Below, piece after piece: positions 27,490 through 39,276 of a stretch of 64,000 nt of DNA. The number at the start of each line of letters is the position of its first letter. The first letter of the stretch is position 1. The stretch lies in contig CM074819.1 of NCBI GenBank assembly GCA_037447605.1, forward strand, positions 2,068,297 to 2,132,296. Reading direction: 5' to 3'. The notes below the pieces were generated by a model. The model was given only the letters and a program-made list of their open reading frames with translations. It was not told the DNA's origin and ran no database searches. This DNA comes from Zygnema circumcarinatum SAG 698-1b (Eukaryota; Plantae; Zygnematophyceae). Position numbers and translations under genes: made by a program.

Positions 27490-30400
27490 TGTTAGTGTAC
27501 ATTAGTTAGTGGTACATAGTTAGTGAGTGCATGTGTTTGTTTGGAGTCTAGAAGGGCTAGGCGGTAGAGCTAGGGTCGAGCTATCATCAAGCTAGGAGTT
27601 CAGAGGTGTACATGAGACACCTGAGGCGCGAGTCACGGGAGGCCGTCGGAACAAGAGTCCGTACCGAATGTGAACGACCGGCTGTGTGGCACGGAGTTCG
27701 AAATGGAGCGCAGTGACGTGACGTGGCGCGGCGCGCAGGGCGCGTGACGTGGCGCGGCGCGCAACTAAAGGCGTGTGACGTGACAGGCGCGAAACGAAGG
27801 CGCGTGACGTGACAGACGTGCAGGCGCAGACGCGTGGCGAAATCAGCGCTGAGTGTGTGCTAGTGCGCTCTTAGTGTGTGCTAGTGCGGGGTTAGTAGTC
27901 GCCCATGGTTGTTGCTTTGGGCGAAGTATAAGTTAAGAGGGAGAACTTTGAGACTAAACCCTGAGTGTAGACTGTGAGAAGCAGTAGGTGTAGCTTGCCA
28001 GGATGTGGTGAAGCTTCACAGCTTGAGGGTGGTAGTCTTGTAGTGGAGTAGAGGTGCAGGGGAGGGGCTCTTGCTGCATGCTTGTACTTCAATCTGAATT
28101 TAAGAGTTTTAGGCCGTTGTGCTTTCTCTTAATTCATTTCTTTCTGTTCTGTCTTTCATTCTTTGCTTGGGGCTGTTTTAAGCTTTGTGAGTGAGATCTT
28201 GTGCTTCCGCAAAGGTGGCGTCTCCTAGTCCTAGGCGTGGAGAGATGTCCTCATCAGAGGCATCCTCCAGCAGGTCAGGGGGCACCGTTTCAACAAGTGG
28301 TATCAGAGCGCTGGACCGGGCAGAAGGTGAAGACAGTCAGAAGATTGGAGTGCCGTTGTTTACCGGCACTAACTACAAGACGTGGAAGTGGCGAATGAAG
28401 AAAGTGCTGCTGAGCAAGGACCTTTTTGGAGTCGTTGATGGCTCGGAGGAGAGACCAACCTCCGGTGCAGAAGCCAAGGAGTGGCTCCGAAAGGACAGGA
28501 AAGCTCAGGCCCTCTTTGCCATAACCGTGAGTGATGCACGGTCAGTTCCGTTGCAAGAACTAGAAACTAGTGCTGAAATATGGACAAGTTTGCAGCAGGT
28601 GTATGATAGGCCGTCTGAGACAACTGCTGTCCACTTATATTCAGAACTAGGCAAGCTGAAAATGGCCGAAGATGAAGAACTGACTGATTATATGGAGAAG
28701 TTCGATAGCTTGATGCACAGGTTTGCTATTGCTAGGAAGCCATTGGACGAAGATCATCAGATCAGTGTCTTTCTGTTGGGTCTACCGAAGAGATTTGAGC
28801 TAACAGTCGTTTCCCTTAAATCATTACTCACCGTTACAAAACTAACCGTGAGCGAGTTGAAGGGAAGGGTGAAAGATGATGATGAGACTCAGAAGGAGAA
28901 GGAGGCTAAGGGAGAAGCTGACAAGGTGCTGGCGCTCAGATGGAGTCAGCATAAGCCCAAAGGAGATGGGAGACCCAAGGCGGGCAAGGGTGGCCCGGGC
29001 CCAAAGAAGAACTTGAGTTGTTACAATTGTGGGAAGCTGGGACACCTGAGGACCAATTGCACGGAGCCGAAGAAGGACGATGCCAGTGGAGCGGGGCCTT
29101 CTAGGCCGGCTGCAAAGGAGAAGGTCAAAGGAGCTTGTTACAAATGTGGGAAGTTTGGCCACTTCAAGGCAAACTGTCCTGACGGCAATTCTGACAAGAA
29201 TCTGATGATTGCTGAAGGCGAGTATTCAGAATTTGTCAATGGAATCCACGTGAAGGATTCAGGCTTGAGACCTTGGCTGATTGATTCAGGAGCATCCAAG
29301 CATATGTGCGTGGATGAGTCACTCTTTGTGGAGAAGAAGGCGTTGCAGCATGCGCGGTCTGTCTACTCTGCCACTGGAGATGGTGTTCAGGTGACTCAAG
29401 GAGGATCGGTCGAGTTGGAGGTACTCAATGGGGGTGTAGGGGCAGTATTGACCGTAGGGAATGTGCTGCACACTCCAGGACTGCAGAATAATTTCCTTTC
29501 TGTGAGTCAGATCTGCGAGGAAGGCTGCAAGGTGTGGTTTGACAAAGTGGCATGCGCAGTAGTTGACGAGAATACCGGGAAGACCCTTTGTAGAGGCATG
29601 CAAAAGAATGGCCTTTACTTTCTAAATTGGGGAGGGAAGCCGGTTGAGGTGGTCAATGCAGTTGCAGAGGATCCCAAAGTTCAGCTTTGGCACCGCAGAC
29701 TAGGACACCTTGGATATAGAGGGCTGAAGCGCCTTGCAGATGAGCAGTTAGTCAGAGGACTAGACTTGGAGGACGTTAAGGGAGAAGGACACGGAGTTTG
29801 CGAGAACTGTGTCGCAGGAAAAGCTCATAGGCGACCGTTTGGACAAAGAGCGGAGGCACAAATTTCTCGTGAGAGACTAGAGCTGGTGCACACGGACTTG
29901 TGTGGCCCCGTGTCCCCTACAAGTAAAGGTGGGGCAAGTTATTTCATCTCTTTTCTTGATGACTGCTCAAGGAAAGTATGGGTGAAATTACTCACTAAGA
30001 AATCGGAAGCCTTTGATGCTTTTAAAGAGTGGCAGCTGCGGGCTGAGAGAGAGACAGGATTGAAGTTGAAGACTCTTAGGTCTGACAATGGTGGGGAGTA
30101 CACCTCTCATCAGTTCAGAGACTACCTGAAGTCCCTAGGAGTGAAGCACGAGTTCACTGCACCCTATTCTCCTCAGAGCAACGGAGCTGCCGAGAGGATG
30201 AACAGGACGCTGGGAGACATGGCGAGAACGATGTTGAGTGAGTCGCCATTCCCGTTAACTTTTTGGTCAGAGGCGATCATGACGGCAGCCTATATTCGAA
30301 ATAGGTGCCCCACATCTGCTTTGAAGGATAGAGTTCCAGAGGAAGTGTGGACGGGCACTAAGCCAAACGTGCAGCATCTTAGAGTGTGGGGCTCAAAGTG

Positions 30401-33372
30401 TTTCATTGCCGTCCCAAAGCAGAAGCAGAATCAGAAGTTCAGTCCTCGTGCAGTGGAAGGCTATTTTCTTGGCTATAATGAAGATAGTCCGACTTACCGT
30501 ATTTGGAATCCGGTCACCAAGCAGGTAGAGAGAAGTCGTGACTTGACAATGCAGGAATTCCACAAGCATACCGAAAAGTTAGACGTGGAGAAGGACGTGA
30601 ACACGAGCAGTTTAGTGTTTCCATGGTTCTCAGATGATTCAGGAAGGGCTGAGGAGGTGGTAGAACCGGATGTTCAGAGTAGCCCACAAATGGAGCAGGT
30701 CGCTAGCCCACTAGGGCCTCTACCCGAGGAAGGCCCAGTCGAATGGGATGCACCCGAGGAGGAAGACTTGCAGGTGCAGCCAGCAGACGAGTCAAGAGAG
30801 ACTGAGAAACCTTCTTATACAGGGCCGTTGAGGAGGAGTGCTCGACCTACCAAGCAACCTGGCTGGTTGGCCGACTTCCACCAACAACCCTCTTGGAAGA
30901 TGACGAGAAAGAAGAAGGTTAGGACACCTAGTGACTCGGCTGATTTTGCAGGAATAGCAACCTGCATGATGGCGCACATTTCAGAACCTCAAAGCTATGG
31001 AGAAGCTTTGCAAGGTGAGGATTCTGAAAAGTGGAGGGTGGCCATTGATAGTGAGCTAAGCAGCCTGGAGGAAAATGGAACGTGGAGATTAGAGGAGCTT
31101 CCTAAAGGTAGGAAAGCTATAGGCTGCAAATGGGTGTTCAAGGTGAAGCACAAGGCGGATGGGAGCGTGGATCGCTTCAAGGCTAGGCTGGTGGCAAAGG
31201 GGTATAGCCAAAAGGAGGGGATAGATTACTCGGAGACCTTTGCACCAGTGGTAAAATTCAACTCTCTTCGCTCACTCATTTCAATTGCAGCAGCTGAGAA
31301 GATGCATGTCCATCAGCTTGATATTAAGACTGCATTTCTCTATGGGGATCTTAGTGAAGAGATCTATATGGAGCAACCGGAGGGCACGGTAGTAGCAGGC
31401 AAGGAGCACCTTGTATGCAGGCTGGTGAAGAGCCTTTACGGGCTCAAGCAGGCACCCCGGATCTGGTACCAAAAGATCGATGATCTTTTGCGGAGGAGTG
31501 GATACAAGCGCTTCCAAACGGACCACTCAGTCTACAGCAAAGGTACGGGAGAGAGCTTTTGTATGTGGGCATTTATGTTGATGATTTGATCATTATTAGT
31601 TCTTCCATGGAAAGCATTCAAAGTCTGAAGGACTTGATGAAGAAGAACTTTCAAATGTCAGATCTAGGGGAGGCCCAATACTTATTAGGAATTCAGCTCA
31701 AGAGGGGGCAAGATGGCAGTTTGTTCCTTAGTCAAGAGAAGTATGCAAAGGATGTCTTGGCTAAATTCAGAATGGACAAGTGCACTCCTTGCACAAGTCC
31801 CATGGACCCTTCACAGAGGCTTTCAGCAGCAATGTCACCCCAGTCACGTGAAGAAGTGAAGACGATGGAGGCGGTTCCATACAGGTCAGCAATCGGAAGC
31901 TTAATGTACTTGATGATAGGCACAAGGCCAGACTTGGCTAAGGCAGTTAGCACAGCGAGCAGGTACATGGAATTTCCAGGGGAGAGGCATTGGGAGGCCG
32001 TCAAGAGGATCTTCAAGTTCCTAAGGGGGACTCTTGACTATGGGATCAAGTTTGAAGCCGGGAATGGAAGTGAGGTGTATGGTTATACGGATGCAGATTG
32101 GGGAGGCGACGTAGATACAGCGAGATCTACCTCTGGCTATGCATTCATGAATAGTGGGGGAGTGGTGACTTGGAGCTCCAAGCTCCAGGATTCAGTGGCG
32201 CTCTCAAGTACTGAAGCTGAGTACATGGCAGCGTGCCATGCGGCCAAGGAAGCAGCTTGGTTGCAGCAGTTCTTTGAAGAGTGTGAGAGGCCTCAAACTC
32301 CCTTGCAGCTGTTTACAGATAACCAGTCCTCAATGACTTTGATGCAAAATCCAGTTTTTCACAAGAGGTCAAAGCACATAAGAATTCAGTATCATTTTGT
32401 GCGTGAGCTTGTGGTTGAAGGAAGAATCGCTGTAGCTTATGTTGGCACGAAAGACCAGGCAGCAGACATGCTCACAAAAGGGGTCAATGGAGAGACGTTG
32501 TGGAAAAACAGCATGCTCTTAGGATTGGGGCCTCAAAGGAACTAAGTACCAAGAGGGGGAGTGTTAGTGTACATTAGTTGGTGGTACATAGTTAATGAGT
32601 GCATGTGTTTGTTTGGAGTCTAGAAGGGCTAGGCGGTAGAGCTAGGGTCGAGCTATCATCAAGCTAGGAGTTCAGAGGTGTACATGAGACACCTGAGGCG
32701 CGAGTCACGGGAGGCCGTCGGAACAAGAGTCCGTACCGAATGTGAACGACCGGCTGTGTGGCACGGAGTTCGAAATGGAGCGCAGTGACGTGACGTGGCG
32801 CGGCGCGCAACTAAGGGCGCGTGACGTGGCGCGGCGCGCAACTAAAGGCGTGTGACGTGACAGGCGCGAAACGAAGGCGCGTGACGTGACAGACGTGCAG
32901 GCGCAGACGCGTGGCGAAATCAGCGCTGAGTGTGTGCTAGTGCGCTCTTAGTGTGTGCTAGTGCGGGGTTAGTAGTCGCCCATGGTTGTTGCTTTGGGCG
33001 AAGTATAAGTTAAGAGGGAGAACTTTGAGACTAAACCCTGAGTGTAGACTGTGAGAAGCAGTAGGTGTAGCTTGCCAGGATGTGGTGAAGCTTCACAGCT
33101 TGAGGGTGGTAGTCTTGTAGTGGAGTAGAGGTGCAGGGGAGGGGCTCTTGCTGCATGCTTGTACTTCAATCTGAATTTAAGAGTTTTAGGCCGTTGTGCT
33201 TTCTCTTAATTCATTTCTTTCTGTTCTGTCTTTCATTCTTTGCTTGGGGCTGTTTTAAGCTTTGTGAGTGAGATCTTGTGCTTCCGCAAAGGTGGCGTCT
33301 CCTAGTCCTAGGCGTGGAGAGATGTCCTCATCAGAGGCATCCTCCAGCAGGTCAGGGGGCACCGTTTCAACA
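27490..33372 (+). mobile_element. Full-length Ty1/Copia retrotransposon (element 2), young
   Basis: LTRs at 27490-28295 and 32562-33372 (TG...CA; I see 2 substitutions and a 5-bp indel). TSD GTTTT at 27485-27489 and 33373-33377. tRNA-Met PBS at 28298-28309. PPT AAGAGGGGGAG at 32551-32561. Confidence 0.97.
28245..32545 (+). CDS. Copia gag-pol polyprotein with a single frameshift near 31560
   Basis: Gag with two CCHC knuckles, protease WLIDSGAS, integrase HTDLCGP/RSDNGGE, RT YVDD, RNase H YTDADW/STEAEY/TDNQS. ORFs 28191-31589 and 31559-32545 join if one T is added in the ctttt run. Confidence 0.93.
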
Positions 33373-34145
33373 GTTTTGGGATTTAAGTTCGAAGTTGAAG
33401 CTAAGCTTGGGGAAGTTCGTGGACCTCATTTCAGTGCTGTAACTGAATTTGGACAGTGAATGGGGGGGGAGTAGGTGCAGAGGGAGATAGGGAGAGAGGA
33501 GGAGGGAGACCAAGGGAGGAAAATATCCGAGAGAGAGATTCAAGAAAGCAGTATTCAAGATCTTGAAATGTATCGGAAAAGGCGAAGGAGAAAACAGCGG
33601 CACAAATGAGAGGATGAGAAAGACCGAGATCAGGAGGAATATAAAATATGATCGGAAGACATGGAAGGATGTGCGATGAGGAGAGGAAGAGAGGTGGATG
33701 CAGAGATCGCTGTCGAGGAATAGGAAGAAAGGGGAGGGAGGGAGAGAGGGAGGGAGGGAGGGAGGGAAGCAGGAATGGGCGAGAGGGAGGGAGGGAGTGA
33801 GGGAGGGGGGGAGAGGCGAAGGGCTGGTTATTGCTGACGTTTGCACTGACGTCAGCATGGGTCGCAATCTCCAGTCAGAAGGCTCCTCGGTCGATCGTGC
33901 GGCTGACTTTGCTGGATCGGACAAAAATGTATGGCAGGACCGGCGGCCTTCGGAGTGCGTGAGAGGTCGACTGTACGGAAGCAATTCGATGCGCGCGTCC
34001 GATCTGATCGGATTCGGATCTTGAACGATTTGGCGCTATCGGATGGTCGCCATTCATGAGTGGACCATACCACGATTTGTGGATGGCAGGTTTGCGGCCT
34101 TGAACCAGGTCCCGGACTCCATAAACCGCAGGTGAACAAAAGCGG

Positions 34146-34397
34146 ATCGGACGGCCGAGCGCGTCCCAATCGGCGCATCGCACGGCGGCGATTCGCCGGG
34201 CACCTGGCATTGATCCCCGTCCCAGCCCCCGTGGGAACGAGGGGCCGATACCCAGCGGCTGATCGGACGGTCGAGCGTGTCCCAGTCGTCGAATCGCACG
34301 GCGGCGATTCGCCGCGCCCTGCCGTTGATCCCCGTCCCGGGCCCCGTGGGAACGAGGGGCTGACACTCAGCATCATATCGGACGGCCTAGCGTGACT
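34146..34397 (+). repeat. About 115-bp GC-rich tandem repeat (2 copies plus a partial) upstream of lectin gene 1
   Basis: The unit gatcggacgg...cgcacggcggcgattcgccg...ttgatccccgtccc...ccccgtgggaacgagggg recurs at 34146 and 34261. Confidence 0.8.
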
Positions 34398-34436
34398 CGA
34401 TCTCCGCCGCCCGCCCGCGTTCACGTGGGCCTTCCT

Positions 34437-34443
34437 TATTTAT
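34437..34443 (+). promoter_or_regulatory. TATA-like TATTTAT upstream of lectin gene 1 (conserved at 48217-48223 in copy 2)
   Basis: An AT island in GC-rich context, 78-98 bp before the ATG in both paralogues. Confidence 0.5.
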
Positions 34444-34534
34444 GGCGGCGGCCAACCCCCTCGTGACGGCAGGGAGGGAGGGAGGGAGGGAGGGAGGGAG
34501 GGAAGGAAAGAAGGCGGGAGGAGGGGCGGCAGCC

Positions 34535-36440
34535 ATGGCCATGGCTCTCGCGAGCGCGCTCCTCCTCTGCGCTGCGCTTGTGGGCACGGCTGCTATCTCC
34601 GCACGTACGGATCTCGCCCGCCCACTCTCGCACGTGCCGCAGTTATGATCACTTTACGAGGAACATCTCATCTTTGTAAATGTAGTCCTTTATTTAAACT
34701 GTTGCCAAGTTTTGTCGTTTGCAGCATACAAGGTGCCCCCGTCCCCTCCAGCTCCTCCCCGTTAGGGAACTGTTCTCTACTCAGTCGTCATGTCATCAGC
34801 TTATTGTCTAATTTCGTTTCAAAACGTACCCTTTCTATTCTCTGTTACGTTCCAATCGATCAAAAAATATTCTATTCTGAGTAGTGAAAACCTCAATAAT
34901 TTCGAGTAGCTGCTTGCTTAGATGATTGTTTCCTTATATTTTGTATATAATTTTCGTTGCAGCTCCACCACCTTCACCGCCTCCTCCACCCCCAACTCCG
35001 CGTAAGTTTACTCGGTTTCTTCTCCCTTTCTCTGCATATGGTTGGCTGTTTTCCAAGGCTTCCAATTGCAACATGTTCACGGATATTAACGTGAGAACCA
35101 GCAATTTCCTTACTGTGGGTCAAAAACGTTTTACAGCACCAAAGCTTTTAGAGTTTGTGGATTAAGCAAGTTTGACGTCACACATGTTCCTTCACCAAGT
35201 ACGTGCCACCTCATGATGAAACTCAGATGGGATGCCTAAATTTCTATCATAAGTGCTGACCATGCCTGTGAACGTGTCTATATATTTCAAGCTGGTCATG
35301 CTTGCGTTATTTGCACGCTTTGAATATTCCACATTCGCAACTCTTGATATTCCGCCACTTTGTGATGCAGCTCTCACCACCCCGGCAGCCTTCGCCTACT
35401 CAAGTTTTGACTCTAGCACTTTCATTCTGCAAGGCAGTGCAACAATTGGGTTTGATGCAAGTTTGATTCTTACGCATGCTCAAGAAGAGGAAGCGGGGGT
35501 TGTACTTTATCGGTCTCCTGTCACGTTGACGCGAAAAGCGGGTGGGGGTTGCCAAGCAGCCTCTTTTGAGACCAAGTTTTCGTTCAGAATCGACGCGAAT
35601 CCTTTTTGGGATAGTACATGTAATGGGGAAGGTTTCACATTCGCCATCGTTCCCTCCAATGCGGATTTGGCGAGCTTTGGAACAGGCAGTGGTGACACCC
35701 TTGCGTTTACCTACACAGCTTCCCCGAAAGTGGGCTCAATTGCCATCAAATTTGACACAAACCCAAATGAAGAGTTAAATGACCCTCCGGGGGAACATGT
35801 GGGCATACTCATGGACTTCAACGCTACGACCATTACATCCCGCCTGACTTCATTGGTGTCCAGTCGTAACACCTACTATGGTTACGACGGTTACGGTTAC
35901 TTATACGTTCCATACTTCGCTTGGGTGGAATACAACAGCCAAAAGAGCCTTTGGTCTATCTTTGTGAATGATTTTGATTCAAAGCCTGCGGCTCCTCTCT
36001 TGACCTACACCAAGTCATTGTGCTCAATTCTTCGACCGTCCAATTGCAGTACGTGTGCGAACATAGACTCGGTATTCCTCGGCTTCACTGCCGCTACAGG
36101 GTCCTGCTACAACTGGCAATGGATTCAGTCGTGGGACTTTGCGAGCTCGTGGCCCGGTAAGTTACTCTATCAAGAAACTCACACGTGTGACTGGGGTCTC
36201 AAGCTCATGGGATTAGGGTTATGGCGGGGACGGACTTGAAACGTGCTCTGCTTGAACGTTTGAAAATTTCTGAATCCGTCCGACAGCCTTAAAATGTAAT
36301 CACAACACAGACTTAGAAATGATGCTCTTCAACCAACTTGGTGCACAGCTTCCTTCGAACACACCAGCACTTCATCTTTCGAAAAATCTCAATTTCAATC
36401 GTTTCTTGTTTGCTTTCGATGTTGCGATAGTACAAATTTG

Positions 36441-36497
<57 letters not shown>

Positions 36498-36915
36498 CTT
36501 ACTCGTCCTTTAGAACTGTGCCATTGCCAACTCATTCTTTAGATGTGCTCTGATAGTCTACTTTGCGGTCGTGCAGCGGCTCCGCCTCCCCCTCCCCGCC
36601 GCCCTCCTCCCCGCCGCCCTCCCCCCTCCTTCTCGGCGCCCTCCTCCCCGCCGCCCTCCCTCCCTCCCTCCCCCCCTCCCTCCCCGCCGCCCTCCTCCCC
36701 GCCGCCCTCCCTCCCTCCCTCCCCCCCTCCCTCCCCGCCGCCCTCCTCCCCGCCGCCCTCCTCCCCGCCGCCCTCCCTCCCTCCCTGCCCCCCTCCCTCC
36801 CCGCCGCCCTCCTCCCCGCCGGCCCCCTCCTTCCAAGCGGCCGCCGCCTCGCCGCCCTCCCCCTGCACGGCCGCCTCCGCGCCGCCCGAACCCTCCGCCT
36901 GCGAGAGCTCCTTAG
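34535..36915 (+). CDS. Secreted L-type (legume) lectin with Pro-rich modules, copy 1
   Basis: Signal-peptide exon 34535-34604, Pro-rich micro-exons 34725-34760 and 34963-35001, lectin exon 35371-36156 (GEGFTFAIVP, IAIKFDT, HVGI, AWVEYN, GFTAATG, SWDF), tail exon from 36577 reading (RRPPP)n...PNPPPARAP-stop. The tail frame needs a 1-nt correction in a C run. Confidence 0.75.
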
Positions 36916-37397
36916 ACCAACCAATGGACCAATGGATGGATGGATGGCTCAGATTGGTTGGTTGGTTGGCCCGTTCGTTTGGTTGGTTGGTTGGCTCGTT
37001 AGTTGGTTGGTTTGTCTTGGGAGCACATTTTGGGCCATTATGGGGAGGATTTAAATCATCTTTTTTGAACTTTGGGTCTTTGAAGCATATGACCACAACA
37101 GTGCTATTTTATTGCAATAAGTTTTGATGATGGTGGCCAGCCAAACAGTAAACGTTGAAGGTAGGGAGGTGGCTCTAGGCGGAGAATTTGAACCGCTCGT
37201 GTGTCATTCTAAATCATGTGTTTGCATGGTGGGTTTGTGTTCAATGATGACGTTTCCTAAAATCCTCCTCACGTGAAACGGCAGCTGAGCTTGAGGGAAG
37301 GGAGGGAGGGGAGGGAGGGTTGAAAATGATGATCCTCGTCGTTTTTTGAAAGAATAAACGAAAGGAGCCGTGATGCTCTCGTCAACTTGTACAAACC

Positions 37398-37569
37398 AGG
37401 GGAAGTCAGTTTTAACACATGGCCAAATCAATAGTAAGCCTGTCCGGCGAATTAAGCATCGGCTATGTATGCATTTCGGTACGGCTGGGTACAGCGACAC
37501 GAAACTTTTGACTTTTGGTATACTAAATTCGGGAATTTAATACGCTCCGGGCTAAGTCTGACTCCCCCT
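37398..37569. mobile_element. Older degenerate MITE of the AGGGGG-TIR family (paralogue at 51815..52016)
   Basis: Termini AGGGGAAGTCAG...CTGACTCCCCCT. The interior matches the 52474-52675 MITE. Confidence 0.6.
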
Positions 37570-39276
37570 ACTATATAGCATGCATCCATTCTACGCCGCT
37601 GACCTTTACAATGTGGAAATGGTTGAGGCTGGTTGTCAAGTCCCCACTCTTTCCAACCAGTGGCAGATGTACGGATTTCTCTGTGAGAGAGTAACTTCCC
37701 CTCAGATTTTGAAAAGCTGGCAGGCACTGAACGCCTTTCAGGTCCTTTGCGCCCAGTTCCTCGTGGTTTGCCATGATGTCAATTTCGTCCATGGACATTT
37801 AATGGCATCATCGCCATCGTGAGTCCAATGTGATGGTGTAGTGCTAAAAAAGTGGTCAGTAAGTACTAAAATTCATGGTGTTCCCGAACCTAAACCAAAC
37901 CGAAACGAAGTGAACTGTGCGAAGTCAACCGAACAAGGTTGCGGAGATTGACCCGCGCGGTTTACTAAAAACGGAACTTTTTGGCATGATTTTGTTCGCA
38001 CCCAAATGAGGCGCCGAGCAGGATAAGGGCCTGTCGTCGTTGGATCCTTATGCGTACGTGGCGAGCCCTGATTCGGTGGCCAATGTTGAACTTCAAATCG
38101 ACCGGACCGCGAACAGAGGGCGGCTCTCACTTTGAGTTTGTCCATATATCGACGGTTCTGGCGGTTCCTGGAAATCTCGGATCGCCGTCGATTCCCGCAC
38201 CCGACGAGCTCTCCAAGCGCCAGGTGGCGCGTTGCAACTTTGTTTTACTAACGACAAATTGAGCATGAGCCGTCGAAATTATATATTATTATATTATCGT
38301 ATTATCGTATTATATACATGTTGCCCCCCCGCCCCGCGAACGGCGCTTCCGACCGTTGCGCCTGCTGCCGCTGCCTCTGCCGCGGCCACGTGGCAGCCTC
38401 TTGTCGTTGTCTTTGCGTTTTCCTGTCGCGTGTCTTGCTGCATTGCTCTGTTTTTGTTGTTTGTGCTTCTTTTCGTTTTTTGTTTTTTGTTTTTGGTTGT
38501 TTTGCTGCTGTTTTGCTGCGGTTTTTTCTGTTCTAACGTTTCTCGCCTTGTTTTCTGACATTTTATGCCGTAGCTTGTCTTGCTGTGTTGCGTTTTTCCT
38601 TTTGTCTCCCCCTTTGCGTCTCTTCGTCCTTGTGCTTCTTCTTTTTGAGCTGCTCTCGCCTTTTATGCCCTTTCCACCCTTTTTCTGCTGTTTTTCTCCT
38701 TCCTTTCCCTTCTCCCTTCCCGTCGCCTCCCTGGTCCCTTCCCTTCCCTTCCTTTCCTTATTCCTCCACCTCTGTTTCCCTATCCCTTCCCTTCCAATCC
38801 CTTCCTTTGTCCTGCCCCTTCCTTTTCCTTCTCCCCCCCCCCCTTCTCATTTCCCCTCCCCTTCCCTTCTCCCTTCCCTTCCCTTCCCTCTTTCCTCCCC
38901 GTTTCTCCTCCTCTCCTTTCCTTTCCCTCCTCCCTTCCTTTCCCATCCCCTTCCTTTCCCGTATTCCCCCCTTTCTTCTCCCTTCTCTCTTCTCTTTCCT
39001 GTCCCTTCTCTTCCCTCCTCTTCCCTTCCCTTTCCTCCCCCCCCCCCGCCTCCTCTCCCTTTCTTTCCCTCCCCTTCCTCTACCCCTTCCCTTCCATCCC
39101 CTTCCCTTATCCTTTCCCCTTTCCCTTCTTTTCCGTACCCTTATTCCTCTCGCCATTCCTTTCCTTTCCTCTCCCTCCCCTTCCCGTCCCTTCCCTTCTC
39201 TTCCCTACCCTTCCCTCCCCTTTCTCCTCCCCGCCCACCCGCTTCCCTTCCCTCATCCATTCCCTTCTCCTTCGTC

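Larger units (their letters stand above)
34430..38278 (+). repeat. Segmental duplication unit 1 (paralogue at about 48210..53498)
   Basis: Colinear similarity from the TATA-like box through the lectin gene to cgacaaattgagcat...gccgtcgaaatt. Copy 2 carries extra insertions. Confidence 0.9.

Noticed and set aside
36543-37127. Ser-Pro extensin-like reading of the lectin tail
   Set aside because: This frame runs into microsatellite sequence. The RRPPP frame ends at the same conserved PARAP-stop in both paralogues, so it is preferred, though C-run indels leave some doubt.
38356-39276. N-terminal ~300 aa of the 865-aa ORF as real protein
   Set aside because: It is CT/TG simple sequence that lacks stops by composition. 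The recognisable retrotransposon protein starts near ATG 39277.
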